From assembly GCA_030390025.1 (NCBI GenBank), contig CM059425.1, forward strand, positions 167,030,001-167,094,000: 64,000 nucleotides of DNA, written 5' to 3'. A program made the position numbers and the translations under genes. The notes under the pieces are model-generated. The model was not told where the DNA came from. It searched no databases and saw only the letters and a list, made by a program, of their open reading frames with translations. This DNA is from Squalus acanthias (taxonomy: Eukaryota). Of this stretch, positions 1 through 13,402 are shown piece by piece (position 1 is the stretch's first letter; every line of letters starts with the position of its first letter).

Positions 1-1060
1 GCAGAATACATTTTCACCTTTGAATCAGCAGATCACAAAAATAACTATGAAACAGCAATGCAAAAAATGTTATGAGTACTTTGTTACAAAATGCAACTCT
101 TCCACAGCTCAAACAGAGAATGGGAGAAACTGCCGAGATCATTTGTCCAAAAACTTTATGCAGTGGTGGAGAAAATGAGCAAATTCAGGACAAAATTGTG
201 ATCGGCATTGTTGACAAAGAGCCGGCCTTGCTGACAAAGACCTGTCAAAGGAGCTGGAAATGAAATCGGAGCTGATATTTGTCAGAGCTATCTAAATGGT
301 GCAGCACTCAATAGTTGATGAAATGCCAGATAGCTGCAGAGCCATCTAAAGAGCTGGAAGGTGTTACATGGACATCATTAGGTGCGGGAAAAGAAAGAAA
401 TGAAATCATCCTCACAAGACAAGAGATCCACAAAGCCAGCAATACTTGTCTTGTACATGGTGCAATCAAAGACAAGTGAAGAAGATAAGTGTACAGCATG
501 TAATCATAGGTAAAGGCAATGTAACAGGCTGGGCATTTTAATAAAGTGTGCCACACACCAAGGTTGTTACAGCGGTGATTACAGATGACAGATCACATGA
601 TCAGGATGCAATCTACCACATGTCACTTATATGTGATGACAACACAGAAAAATCATGATCGTAAACCTGGTGAGTTTGCAAATTTATAAGATTGATAAGG
701 GTGCGCACATTACTGTCGTGTCACAGGAAATCATACTAACACTCGATCATACTGTCCCCTGTTAGAGCTATCAATTATTATACTACACAGTTGAGTAGGG
801 AAAAATGGATTGCACACTACATACAAGGCAAGCTACTATGATCTACCTGGCAGAAGCTCAGCATGTAACTAGATCTGGTAGAGTGAGCAGAAGAAAATGA
901 ATACAACAAGGGGGAGTTTGGTGACACTGGGCTGCTGAAGTATGAGCATGTAAAGACAGTGCTTAAGAATGATTCTATCCCTCATAGCATAAGTACATCA
1001 CATAGAGGACTTGTTTCAATACTTCCTAAAGAGGAAGAGAAATTAAAGAGAATGAAAGTT
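1..1060 (+). mobile_element. Highly decayed Gypsy gag/protease/RT-start fragment
   Basis: EQIQDKIVIGIVD gag-like; KIDKGAHITV protease-like; apparently continues at 4870-5690. Confidence 0.55.
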
Positions 1061-1368
1061 TAAAAGGAGTAGCAAAGCAAAGAGACTTAGGGATTCAGCA
1101 ACACAAATCTTTAAAAGTGGGAGGACGACCTGAAAAAAATATGTTGTTGCCATTTACACCTCCTCTGGACCCATAATTGTCCCATTATCACCCCCTTTTG
1201 CCTTGCACCGTCATCTCTTTTATCATTTAATCACTCCTGCCCTCCACCTTCCCTTTTGTTCTTTCCTCCCCTGCACCCCCACCTTTTTCCTAGTTCTGTA
1301 CTTGCTTATAAACTGTTAAATCTCTAACTTCTTCCAGTACTGATGAAAGGTCATCGACCTGAAACATT

Positions 1369-4300
1369 GGCCCTGATATTAACTCGGAGATGCGTTGGGA
1401 GAGTGGGGGCGTCCGATATTGTGTGGGAAACCCATAAGTGAAGTTCAGCACATCTATCATTGGCTTTTTAACACAGCCACTCCATTATCATTTTACTTCC
1501 GGATTTGGTGTTGATTGCGAGGCAGCGGGTGTGATGAGGACCTGCATGTCGTGATCTCAACTCCAGTATTTAAAGGGTCAATCCAAAGATGGAATTTGCA
1601 GGAGCTTGGAGTTGGAAGCAACAGAGGAAGCACTCTCAGTATGGAATCAGGACGATCAAAGGGTGCGGCCCGCTTTAATGTGCTGATGTGCTGCTGGGGG
1701 CTGTAAGGAGCCGGGGAAATATACGGTGCTCCAGCAACAGGAGGAAGAAACTTGCTGCTAACACAAAAAAGGTATGGCTGGAGGTGGCCCACGAGGTCAG
1801 CAACACAAGCATTTTGCCATGCTCCTGGATTCAGTGCAGGAAGCGCTTTAATGACCTAACCAGGTCAGAAAAGGTGAGCACTGTTGCACATTCACCTACA
1901 TACTGCTGTGCACATCACCCCACCCCTCACTCTGCTTTGTCAAGCCTGCTCCATCATATCACCAACGTACCTTGCAAGTGCACCCATCCTTTTCTTTATA
2001 TGCAGTTCCTCACATCCTCATCTATCCATCCACCACTGCCACTCACCCTCATCCTTATGGAGTTTCATGCCTCTCCCTGATAGTCACCCTCACAAAATGC
2101 ACCTTGTCAAGCCTACTTCATCACATCACTCCTCACCCCCATTTACCTTGCACATGCACTCTTCCTTCTCTTTCTATGCAGTTCCTCACATCCTCATCTA
2201 TCCATCCCACATGTTTCCCACATTACATCAGTTTCCCACATTACAACAGTGACTACACTCCAAAAGTACTTCATTGGCTGTAAAGCGCTTTGAGACATCC
2301 GGCGGTCGTGAAAGGCGCTATATAAATGCAAGTCTTATTTTTTATTTTATCCACCACTGCCACTCACCCACATCCTTATGGAGTTTCATGCCTCTCATTG
2401 ATAGTCACCCTCACCAAATGCACTGCATCCATCGGTGAACACATGCCATTACAGTCACTCATAGGTCTGTTCTTTCCCCATTGCAGGAGAAGAGAGCACA
2501 GAACACAAGGAAGAGGGAGCTAACCTGAGGTGGCCCTCCACAAATCTTGCAGCTCAAAACTGCAGAGGAGGAGTTGTTGGAGATCAGTGCCGCTTCAGCG
2601 TCCCTGGCCGTCGGACATGGGGAGGTGGGGACTTCCCAGCTACCTGATGACACAATTAAATATCAGTGACCCACATGTCATACAGCACTCAATCATGTTG
2701 ACATGATTTCAACAGCGAGTGAAATATGATCATCTTCAATGATACGTTGCAACATTCTTACCTTGCCAGTCCTAATTCATATCTTTTATCTCTGCCAGGT
2801 CCTTCACGTGTGCAGCATCAGTCAATGGAGCTCGCGGACGACGAATCCTCAGAGGAGCTGATTCCTTCTGAGAGTGCATCGTCAAAGGACTCATGCTTAC
2901 CATGCACCAGCTCAGATACTCGCATTTTGGTGGGACCAGTAAGACAGATAGTGACTCACACGTCATAAATGAGCAAGAGCAGATGGTGGTGGCAGGGACA
3001 GCAGTGGAGAGTCCGTGTTAGAGGGCGCAGCCAGACACAGATGCTGTACCCCGGGGGCCATCAATGAAGAGGATAATCATTGAGCAGCAGCAGACAATGT
3101 GCAATGCACTGACAGGCCTTTTAAGCACACTGACCACAATTGCAAAGAGAACGGAGGAGTCCAGCTCAAGCGTGAGTGGGTTGATGTCGCAGGGCATTGC
3201 GATAATGTCTTCTTGTATGGGTAGAGTGGCCAACTCCATGGAACATCAAAAGTGGCAATTAAATGAGTCCATGCACACCTTGTCTATGGCTGAGCACACT
3301 CTGGATGCCAACATGTCTGCCACCTTAAATTGGATGACAGGTACCTTAGCCTTATCCTTACAGCACTGCACCAAAGTGCTCTCCAGCAGCATGGTAGCAG
3401 TGAAGTGCAGCTGGGCCATGAGAGGGAAAGGGGACATGGAAGTGGGAACTCCACTCAAAGCACTTCCAGTTCTCACCCGTTGCCCCCTCAGTCAGTAGCT
3501 GACATGCTGCCTCATGTCCTGATTGCCAAGTCTTCCCCTGCAAAGGTGCAGGAGGACCAGACTTTGGCGGGGTCCTCATGCACTCCAAAACCCAGAGGAC
3601 GTCGGCCAAGAGCATCTCAGCAGTCAGAGCAGGGATCTGAGCAGCCTGCCTCTACCTCTGCTCAAAGTACAAGGGTTGCACCATGTAGGAGCGGTAGGAA
3701 AAGGAAGAGTAAAGCTTTGTAGTTGCACAAGGGTGTGTACATGGGTGTATGAGACAATGTCGTGTTGTGAAGTTTCTGTTCTTTAGTTCAATCACATAAA
3801 TGTTATTCTTTTGCACCACTTTCCCATCTTGCTCATTCTTGATTGCTGGGTAGCAAGTCGCCTTTTAACTTGTTTGATGATGAATGGGAAGGCATGAATT
3901 GACGGTGACCAATGGGGTGATGTGCAAGGAGTGGTTGGTTGTTTGCAGGACTGCTTTGTGTCAGTGGCATTAGGGGAGGTGGGAAGAATGGCCGTTGCAT
4001 GTGCTTTTGACATCAGTCCACTGGTGCAACCTAAGTGAACGTTGCACTAATAAGGACATCCCTGTCTACAACCACCTGACGCGACAACCTGAGCCTCCTG
4101 AAGCACTGCTGTTCCTACATGTCAAGGAAACTCAGCCTCTGCCTGCACACCCTGTGTTACAAGTAGTGCCTCCAGCGAGCTGCATCCCTCTGCTGCCCCG
4201 CTCTCTGATGTCCAGCTACAGGTCTCTCAACAGCGGGCTGGTTCTGGTCCTGCTGCTGGTGCTGGTCATATTGTTCCTTGTCTGAGGGCCAATCTAAGGC

Positions 4301-4761
4301 AGCCAAAGCGCCACCCATCCAGATGTGATTCAGAAAACCTCTAAAGGGTAGAAAGTAAACTCTCAGCAAAAGTACTGTGAACAAAACCTTTCCCACTAGT
4401 AGGTAAGAAAGCAGCTGTGAGTACTGAGTATTTTGTGCAGTATTTCCATGAGTTTTCATCAGCCCCCTCAATTGCCGTTGTGTTCTTGCCTTGTTTTCAC
4501 TGGCGAGTTTCAGGATGCACGGGCAACCCATGGATGCGCCTTTAAATTTGAAAGTCAGTTGAAATATCGCTCCAATTGAACGATTAGCATATGTTAATAA
4601 GCAGCTCGCCTCTCCCGAGGGGGTTGCGCGCCAGCAGCCTAATGTGCTCCAGTTAAATGAGGAAGTCGGTAGGTTGGAGCCGGCATCCTAACACGGTCAC
4701 ATTTTTCCCAGTTTTCACCCGCTCCCAAGCCCACGTGCTCCTCCAGATTAAAATTCCCCCC
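1369..4761 (+). mobile_element. PIF/Harbinger DNA transposon, internally deleted (Myb/SANT gene on +, transposase remnant on -)
   Basis: WLEVAHEV...WIQCRKRFNDL Myb/SANT motif with GT-AG exons. RLSFLDM*EQQCFRRLRLSRQ transposase N-terminus at ~4070-4160 (-). Imperfect TIRs and ATT/GTT 3-bp TSD. Splits a Penelope-type end. Confidence 0.75.
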
Positions 4762-4869
4762 GTTAACTCTGTTTCTCTCTCCAGAGATGCTGCCTGACCG
4801 GCTGAGTATTTCCAGAATTTTCTGTTTTTATTTCAGATTCCGAGCAACAGCAGTATTTTGCTTTTGTTT

Positions 4870-5690
4870 TAAAGACAAATGGCAGCTACACAAGCTGGAG
4901 TATTTTGGGCACCACAGTGGAGACAGAATGAAACTGAATCCACATCAATTTAAGGCTATGAGGGAGTTTCCAAGAATTATGCTGAGTTTTAAGGGTGCTC
5001 AGTTACTTAGGTAGATGTTTACTAGATTTGTCATCTATTATGGACCCAACGATTGACTTACTAAAGACAGACACAGGATGGATTTGGGATCAGGCCCAAA
5101 AACATGCATTTGTGAAAATTAAGGAAGTGGTATAATTGGTACCAGTGCTCATGTTCTTTGATACAGTAAACTCATTTAAACGGCACCTAATCAACCGGAA
5201 TTCTTTAATAACCAGCAAAATAGATAGCCGGTAATCTTGCCGAATCCATCCATTTTTCGTTTTTCCGAGTCCGAGTTTCCCACGGTGGCCGAGTTAGTCA
5301 CTGGTTTTTATTTTTTTTGTGTTAAAAATTGCCTACCTCTCTGTTATCCGGAATTTTTAATCAACCGGCACCATCCCGGTCCCGTCGGTGCCGGATACGA
5401 AAGAGTTTACTGTACGAGCAAAACCTACAGTGGTGAGTACAGATGCAAGCAATTACTGCTTGGGAGATGTATTGTTGTAGCAGCACAGAGTTACAGTTTA
5501 ATTGCGTTTTGCTCCTAAACTTTGACAGAAGCAGAAAGAAGTTTGATTAAGTGTATTTTACAGGATTATGGGCTTTTGTGAGATTTTCCAGATACTTGTA
5601 TGGGTTAGAATCTTTCAAGTTATTTACTGACCACAAATCTTTGATGCCATTCATCAACAGACAAACTTTGAACAATGCACCATTGAAATG
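4870..5690 (+). mobile_element. Decayed Gypsy RT/RNase H fragment
   Basis: LEYFGH, WIWDQAQKHAFVKIK, STDAS and FKLFTDHKSL motifs, interrupted by a MITE. Confidence 0.65.
5164..5412. mobile_element. Tc1/mariner (Tigger/pogo-like) MITE
   Basis: TIR CAGTAAACTC/GAGTTTACTG with TA TSD on both sides. Confidence 0.85.
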
Positions 5691-5691
5691 T

Positions 5692-6022
5692 GTCAGCTGT
5701 GCTCAATTGGTAGCATACTTGCCTCTGAGTCAGAATCTTGTGCGTTCAAGCCCCACTCCAGAGATTTGAGACTCCAGTGCAGTAATGAGGAAGTGCTGCA
5801 CTGTCAGAGGTGCTGCCTTTAGGATGAGATGTTAAACCGAGGCCCCATCTGCCCTCTCAAGTGGATGTAAAAGATCCCATGGCACTATTTGAAGAAAAGC
5901 AGGGGAGTTCTCCCCAGTGTCCTGGCCAATGTTTATCCCTCAACCAACATCACTAAAAAAACAGATTATCTGGTTGTTATCATATTGCTGTTTGTGGGAC
6001 CTTGCTGTGTGTAAATTGGCTT
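5692..6022 (+). mobile_element. tRNA-headed Deu-domain SINE
   Basis: A/B-box-like head plus the Deu-like core GATGAGATGTTAAACCGAGGCCCC...GTAAAAGATCCCATGGCACTATT. Confidence 0.7.
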
Positions 6023-6120
6023 CATTAATTAATGATGTTAAGATTTTCAAGGCGCTTCTGTCCCTATTAACATCGAATCCTCTCTCTGGCGCGGCAGTGG
6101 TTGCCTTAAAACAGTCGAAA

Positions 6121-6640
6121 ACTACAACAACAACAACAACAACTTGCATGTATATAGTGCCTTTAACATAGTAAAAAGTCCCAAGGCGCTTCACAGGATG
6201 TGTTAAAAGACAAAAATTTGACACCCAGCCACATAAGGAGAAATTAGGGCAGCTTGGTCAAAGAGGTAGGTGTTAAGAAGTGTCTTAAAGGAGGAAAGAG
6301 AGGTAGAGAGGTGAAGAGGTTTAGGCAGGGAATTCCAGAGCTTAGGGCCAAGGCAGCTGAAGGCACGGTCACCAATGGTTGAGCGATTGTAATCAGGGAT
6401 GCTCAAGAGGGCAGAATTAGAGGAGTGCAGATATCTTGGGCGGTTGTGGGGCTGGAGGAGATTACAAAGATAGGGAGGGGTGAGGCTATGGAGGGATTTG
6501 AAAACAAGGATGAGAATTTTGAAATCGAGGTGTTGCTTAACCGGGAGCCAATGTAGGTCAGGGAGCACAGGGGTGATAGGTGAACGGGACTTGGTGCGAG
6601 TTAGGACATGGACAGCCGAGTTTTGGATGATCTCAAGTTT
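6121..6640 (-). mobile_element. L2 LINE 3' fragment
   Basis: LHWLPV...FKILILVFK...LWNSLP; (CAA)n tail. Confidence 0.85.
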
Positions 6641-7231
6641 ATGGTTCTCACAGTGGATAAAATTTTAGGGTAAATTCTATCACTTTGCACTCCTAATACA
6701 CACAGCAGAAATATCAAAGCCTGAAGTGAGAACTTTCAGTTCCAAGATTGTGAGAAAATCAATTTGTTATGTAGGTAATAACTAGATAGTAACAGTAAAC
6801 TATTCAGGTTCAAAATAATCACCTTGCTTGTTTATAGACTGAAGGTAGGCTACTCCAAAGCCCAGTTAGGACATGTTTGTTTCATTAGCACAAAAGAAGG
6901 GAGATGTGATGAGAATATATTTCCACTTTAAGAGCATTAGTTAGAGTAATGTGACTAAGACTGGAAAGTTCAGTGTTTACTCAAGCAGTTGCTTGATTCT
7001 ATGAGATTCTCAGTTATTAGAGCAAAATCAAAAATTGTTTGGTTTCTTCCTGTAAAGGCTCAAACTAGTTATATGATATATGTCTCACTGATATGAAATA
7101 GATTCTATTATACGAAAAGTATAGGTTTCTCTCATGGCTCAGCAAGCTTATTCAGTGATAATGGAGCCATATAGACCAGGAAGAATTTAGGTTCAATTTT
7201 GATGTGAGCTGACACAGCTAATCTCAGTTTA

Positions 7232-7451
7232 ATGTGAGAAGTCGCACAACACCAGGTTATAGTCCAACAGTTTTATTTGAAATCACAAGCTTTTGGAGCG
7301 CTGCTCCTTCGTCAGGACTTCACCTGACGAAAGAGCAGCGCTCCGAAAGCTTGTGATTTCAAATAAAACTGTTGGACTATAACTTGGTGTTGTGCGACTT
7401 CTCACATTTGTCCACCCCAGTCCAACACCGGCATCTCCACATCATGGCTAC
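7232..7451. mobile_element. Penelope-like element end forming an inverted repeat
   Basis: ~86-bp arms 7231-7316 and 7323-7408; 12-bp TSD AATCTCAGTTTA (7220-7231, 7452-7463). Confidence 0.75.
7320..7356 (+). ncRNA. Minimal type I hammerhead ribozyme motif
   Basis: TCAC-CTGACGA-AA-GAGC/GCTC-C-GAAA-GCTT-GTGA: stem I TCAC/GTGA, conserved core, palindromic AAGCTT helix III. Confidence 0.65.
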
Positions 7452-8169
7452 AATCTCAGTTTAGGTGGTGGTAGGGGCATTACAATTGGTCAATATATTT
7501 CATTTGTTCACAGTTGCTATAGTGCAGCCTGTAGATTATACATACTTCAGTCACAGTGAGCCAGCGATGAAGGGGTTGCCAATCAAGTGAACTGCTCTGT
7601 CCTTGATGGTGTTGAGCTGCTTGAGTGTTGTTGGGCTGCACCCATCTAGGTGAGTATTCCATCACACCCCTGATATGAGCTTTGGAGATGGTGGATAGGT
7701 TTTAGGGGTCAAGAGGTGAGACACTTGTCACAGAATGCCCAGTCTCCGCCCTGCTCATAGCCACAGTGTTGATTTGGTTGAATCGGTTCAGTATCTAGTC
7801 AATTGTGACCCCCAAGATGTTGATATTGGGTAACCAAGCAATGGTAGTACCATTGAAGGTCAATAGGAGATGGCTGGGCTTTCTCATGTTTAAAATGTTC
7901 ATTACCTGGTATTTATGTGGTATGAATGTTACCTGCCACTTGTCAGCCCAAGCCTGGATGTTGTCCAGGTCCTGCTGTAGAGATTGCGAATGGAGCAGAA
8001 CATTGAAAAATTCAGTGAACATCTCCATTCCTGACCTTATGACAGAGGGAAGGTAATTGATGAAGCAGCTGAAGATGGTTAGGCTGAGGATGCTTCTCCT
8101 GCAGAAATGCCCTGAGGCTGTGATAAATGGTCTCTGACAACTACAACCATTTTATTTGTGTGCATTAAA

Positions 8170-9080
8170 CATACGAACACGAACAATGACAAACAAGTAA
8201 AGATCCTCTGGTCCATCTAGCCTGTCCCATACAATTGTGATACATTGTATATCACAATATATACTCGCTCCACCTCACCCAAAACCATGTGCTCTCCTGG
8301 GAGAGGCAAAAAAACAGGTAAAAACCCAGGCCAATTTGGGGGCGAAAAAATCTGGGAAATTCTTCCCCGACTCATCTAGGCGATCAACACTAGTCCAGGA
8401 GATCACTCTGGCCCTGAATTCACTGAAGTACCTACCTTTTGTAAGAGGTGATTCCACCCCAACCAGAAACAGGTCCAGCTCTCACTTGAAGGAATTCAGC
8501 GAACCGGCGTCCACCGCACGAGACAGTAGCCTGTTCCTGAGGTCCACTATTCTCTGGGAAAAGAACCAACCACCTCCTGACATCTAACCCAGATCTAGCC
8601 TTATATAACTTAAATTTGTGACCCCTGGTCCTCCCTAATCTATTTAATTGGAACAAACTGTCAGCTGGAACACAATCTATTCCCTTCATCATCTTCTAAA
8701 CGTCAATCAGATCACCTCTAAGCCTACGCTTCTCTAAAGTATAGAATCCCAACTCTTTTAACCTATCTTGATAACTAAGATGCTTTAGACTGGGAATTAG
8801 CCTAGTGGCCCTCCTCTGCACCCTTTCCAAAGCCTCGATATCACCCACCATGTGAGGAGACCAAAACTGGACACTGTATTCCAAGTGAGGCCTGACCAAG
8901 GTCTTGTACAAGGACAAACTAGTATGCCTTGTCTTATAATCAATCGTCCTTTGAATGCACCCCAACACCCTATTTGCTCTAGCTATTGCTTCATGGCATT
9001 GCTCATGTTCCTTTAGAGATCTATGCACTAGAACACCCAGATCTCTTTCTTTCCCCACCTTCTTTAATGCTTTCAGTTTT
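8170..9080 (-). mobile_element. CR1 LINE 3' fragment
   Basis: ERDLGVLV, LVRPHLEYSVQFWSP, RRLRGDLI, TRGHKFKL. Confidence 0.85.
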
Positions 9081-9179
9081 CCTAGGGTCCAATCAGTCGA
9101 ATGCTGCTTTGACATCGAGGACAGTGACTCTCACCTCTCCTCTGACATCCATGTCTGGATCAAGGCTGTAATGAAGTTA

Positions 9180-9319
9180 TGATGCGGAGATGCCGGTGTT
9201 GGACTGGGGTGGACAAAAGTGAGAAGTCGCACAACACCAGGTTATAGTCCAACAGTTTTATTTGAAATCACAAGCTTTCGGAGCGGCTGCTCCTTCGTCA
9301 GGTGAAGTGAAGAAATACA
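9180..9319 (-). mobile_element. Penelope-like end with hammerhead motif (9268-9305)
   Basis: Same family as 7232-7451; TSD GTAATGAAGTTA (9168-9179, 9320-9331); core CTGACGA-A-GGAGC/GCTCC-GAAAGCTT intact. Confidence 0.7.
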
Positions 9320-12300
9320 GTAATGAAGTTAGGAGCTGAATGATTCTAGCAGAACCGTAACTTAGCATCAGTGAGCAGGCAATGGATAAGTAGATATTAC
9401 TTGATGGCACTATTGATGACGCCTTCCATCACTTTACTGATGATTGAGAAGGCGCTGATAGGCCAATAGTTGGTTGAGTTAAACTTATCGGGGTAGAGTT
9501 TCTGCTTTGGATGCAATCGACAATTCTGGTGCAAATTGCGGCCGTTTTGAAAAGTGTTTTTTTCACCCACGTTTCCGCTCAAACTCATTTGTATATCGGC
9601 AAATGCATGATATGAACTAGTGCAATCGGGCAGCATCTTAAAACATCAATATTTTACAAAAATTTTGCTTTAAAATATACTCTTTGATATATTTAAGAGT
9701 GGTAACTTCATAAAGTTTGATTAATACAACTGAAAATGGGTTTATCACAAACAATTAGCATTTTAAATCACAGTGTCAGTCCACTACCTGTGAGTAACCC
9801 GATTTTAAATTACTGAAAATGACTTTTAATAAATATACAAAACTATTTTCTAGTTAGATTGAGGTATAGTAGTCAGTTCCTTAGCAATTTTTAAAAATTT
9901 ATTCTGAAGCTTTCAAAACGTACCTATTAGTGTTCTTGTGCCTAAAAGTTTCAGCTTAATTTTTGGAGCTTTCGCGAAGGGCTGCAAATGAGCAAAATTG
10001 GCAGAAACTCCCAATGATGATTAATTCACCCTGGAGGCATGGCCAGTTTTGTGGGCGGGGCCTGCTTCTAGCACGATATTTTTAAAACTAGCGCAAAAAA
10101 TCGCGGAAACTTGAGCTGTGTTGAACGCAATATGCGCTTAAAATTCCGCGATCTTTTGCGCCGGTTACACTGTTATCGGGGAAAATGCGCCGAACAAACC
10201 AGCGCAATCGAGTGGAATCTCCAGGACATCCTGTTTTTTGAGACTGGGACATAGCTGGGCAATTTCTACATTGTCAGGTAGATGTCAGTGTCATAGCTGT
10301 ACGAGAACAACCTGGCTATGGGAGCAAGGAGCTCAGTACCACAGTCAGGATATTGTCAGTGCCCTTAGCCTTTGCTGTGTAGGGAAACTCAGCCACTTCT
10401 TAAGTCACATGGAGTTAATTAAATTGGCTGGATATTGGTTTCCATATTGGTGGAAACATTGGGAGAAGGCTGAGTAGGATCATCCACTCGGCACTTTTGG
10501 TGGAAGATACTTGCAATCACTTCAGCCTCATCTCTTGCACTCACGTGTTGAAGATAGGGACGTTTGTGGAGCCTCCTCCTCCTATAAGTTGCCTAGTTCT
10601 CCACTACAATTCTCAACTGGATGTGGTAGGGCTACAGAGCTTTGTTTTGATCTGTTGTTTGTGGGACCACATATCTCTGTCTATAGCCTGTTGTTTTTTG
10701 TGTTTAGCTTACAGGTAGCCCTGTGCAGTAGCTTCATTAAGTTCATACATCTTTCTAAGGTATGCCTGATGCTGCTCCTGGCATGTTGTCCAATGTTGTT
10801 ACATTGAACCAAGGTTGATCTCACGGCTTATTGGTAATCAAGGAGTGTCTGGCTACAGATTGAAGTGGTATTGAATTCTGCTGCTGATGGCCCACAGTGT
10901 CTCATGGATGCCCAGTTTTGGGTGCTAGATCCATTCTTAGCCCACTAAGCACAGTAGTAGTGCCAAACTACACAATGGAGAATGTCCTCATGATGGAGAT
11001 GAGACTTTTTCTACACAGAGGTTGTGTGCTGGTGACCTCTACCAATTATATTGTGGACGAACATGTTTGTGGCAGGTAGTTTGGTGAGGAGAAAGTTAAG
11101 GAGGTTAATTCCTCGTGTTAGTTCCCTCACCACCTGACACAGGTCAAATCTGGCACTTATGTCTTTCAGAACTTGTCTAGTTTGGTCAATAGTGGAAACA
11201 GCTTAGCCACTCTTAGTGGTGAGCTATGAAGTATCTTCTTCCAGAGTATGTTCTGTGCCCTTGCTTCCATTAGACTTCCTCCAAGTGATGTTTAAAATGG
11301 AGGAGTACTGCCTTGTCAGTTCAGGTGTGAGGGCAGTAGATGGTGGTCAGCAAGGGGTTTCCTTGACAGTCTTTGACCTGAAGCCACAAGGTTTAATGGG
11401 GTCCAGAGTAATTGGAGTCACGTGTAGACCTAACTGGGTAGGGGTGGTATGCTCTCTTCCCTGAGTCAGTTGGGATTTGTTTTGACAATCCAGAGGCTTT
11501 CAGTTATTTTTCCCTGGTACTAACTCACAGCTTACCAAATTTATTGATTTCTGTTTCACAACAGACCAAGGTAGGATTGTGAACTCACAAAGCATGGGTT
11601 ACTAGTCCAGTAACATAACCACTAGATTACCATACCAAATTCCTAGGATAAATAGAGAAAAATTAGCCAACATTCATGATCCTAATCACTATCATCCCTG
11701 CTGGAAATTTGCTCAGTTTATCCTATTAGCCTTAGGTCTGAGCTGGACTTATTGGCACCAGTTCCGGAGACCTCTTGGGTATGTGGAAACTGCAACAGGG
11801 CTCTTTTTTAATTGGATGCAACTCCCTCCTCCAATTAATCAGCTTAGTTGGTGTTTTACTGACAGCTTCATCAACTATTTCCAATGTCAGAAACAGGTGT
11901 TGAAACTTGTAGCCTTCGTCAAGTGGCTAGATGAACAGTTCAAACCACACAGCATGGTTATTTTTGGGCATCATTCAACTGCCAGAAAAATTTATGACAT
12001 AAGGAAACTCACCACCAAAGTCTGAGGTGAGATGTTATTTTAAAATAAATGGAATGGTAGTCACAAGGAAAGGAAAAGGTTGTCACTTAACATCAGCGGA
12101 ATTTCTCGAGCAGCTGTCACCAAACTCCTTTCACATGTTGACTATAAAATTGATAATCTGGTGGGTGCTTCAGCTTGGTGATACTGAATTTTAATTCAGA
12201 ATTGTAATCATTAAATAATAATTGATTCTGTTAAGAATTAATTAATTGGTCTTGAAATTTGAAGTAAAAATGGTGTAATCTTCACTATACAAGTCTGAGT

Positions 12301-12392
12301 AAACGGATGTATTTTGAAGTAAAACTGACTTTCCAGTGGGTAACAGATGATTACAAAGCTCAATTTGCTAGCAATCAAATAAAATAAGGTGG

Positions 12393-13299
12393 TGTAAGAT
12401 CTCTGAGTTCTTGGACAAGACACCAATAGGCAGCAGCCAGTATGTTTGAGCAATAGATCAAGATTTATTAAGCTTACAGCGTAATTAATACTTAACAACA
12501 GGCGATAGTTCAACGAGTAACTCACAGCCCTTGGTCTCTGGAACCTCTCGGACACAGATGACGTCGTCTTAAGTCTGTTCCTTTGTTTTCGCAGTAGGTC
12601 TGTGTAAAGTTGTTCTCTGAATATCGAGGTTTTAACCCTTTTCTTATCAACAGTTCGTCTGGCCAGTGTCCATATATGGTCTTTAACAAAATCACCTTTT
12701 TTAATTGGTTCTAATGGTCAAAATACCATTGTCACTCAGACTAAAGGTAGCATCTTGGCCACTCCTTTTTCAGTACTTTTCCACAACCCTATTCTGCTGT
12801 TTTGTTATCTTGTTTATATTTTTTCACCATATTGGAATTTACCATATCGCTTTCATTTCTAGCTTCCCTGGTACAAGGCCTTTATACCAAGGGCCCATAT
12901 CAGCGCTGTTTCACTAGTCTTGAGGTATCCAAACTATCTCACTTTAATCTACCAGATAAATACCTTATCTCCATGATCCCTCTCATTTTATGTCCTTATA
13001 CTAATTATTTTTTAAATATCATTGCAATTAGTTTTGGTAAGCGAATTCTAATTTCTACTTAGCATCATAATTTTGTTTTTAGCAATTTAACCTTCACTCG
13101 CAGTCTGTGGCTGTTTGTTATCAAAACTTAGTCAAAACGGCTTTTGACCGTCCTTCGCAGCTGCATTTTGAACAAGTCTTAGCTTTCTCGTTACCCAGGA
13201 GTAATTATGGGTAATATTATTTGGTCAATGGCTACACTTGAATTTATATGTATATGATTCTCGTTTACTAAATATCTCTAAATATCAGCCTTTCATACA
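12393..13299 (-). mobile_element. Solo LTR (907 bp)
   Basis: TGTAAG...TCATACA termini flanked by GTGG on both sides (12389-12392, 13300-13303); AATAAA on the minus strand at ~12464. Confidence 0.75.
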
Positions 13300-13402
13300 G
13301 TGGTTTATGAAATATCTCTTTTGTGATTCCCTGTGCTGGCGGCTTTATGGAATTCTTTGTTACACATGAAAGATTCTCTGTGCAATAAAATAAGATTCAG
13401 TT

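Larger units (their letters stand above)
7470..11635 (-). mobile_element. Old fragmented LINE (MEYSP family) with a tRNA-like 5' head, interrupted by CR1, a Penelope end and a probable MITE (~9490-10225)
   Basis: MMEYSP, QQDLDNIQAWADKWQV and SKVMEGVINSAIK pieces in colinear order; head at ~11420-11635. Confidence 0.65.

Noticed and set aside
1920..2420. Short repeated units resembling an array or CRISPR
   Set aside because: Degenerate local duplications in a Harbinger intron plus a SINE tail; no constant repeat-spacer period, and the context is eukaryotic
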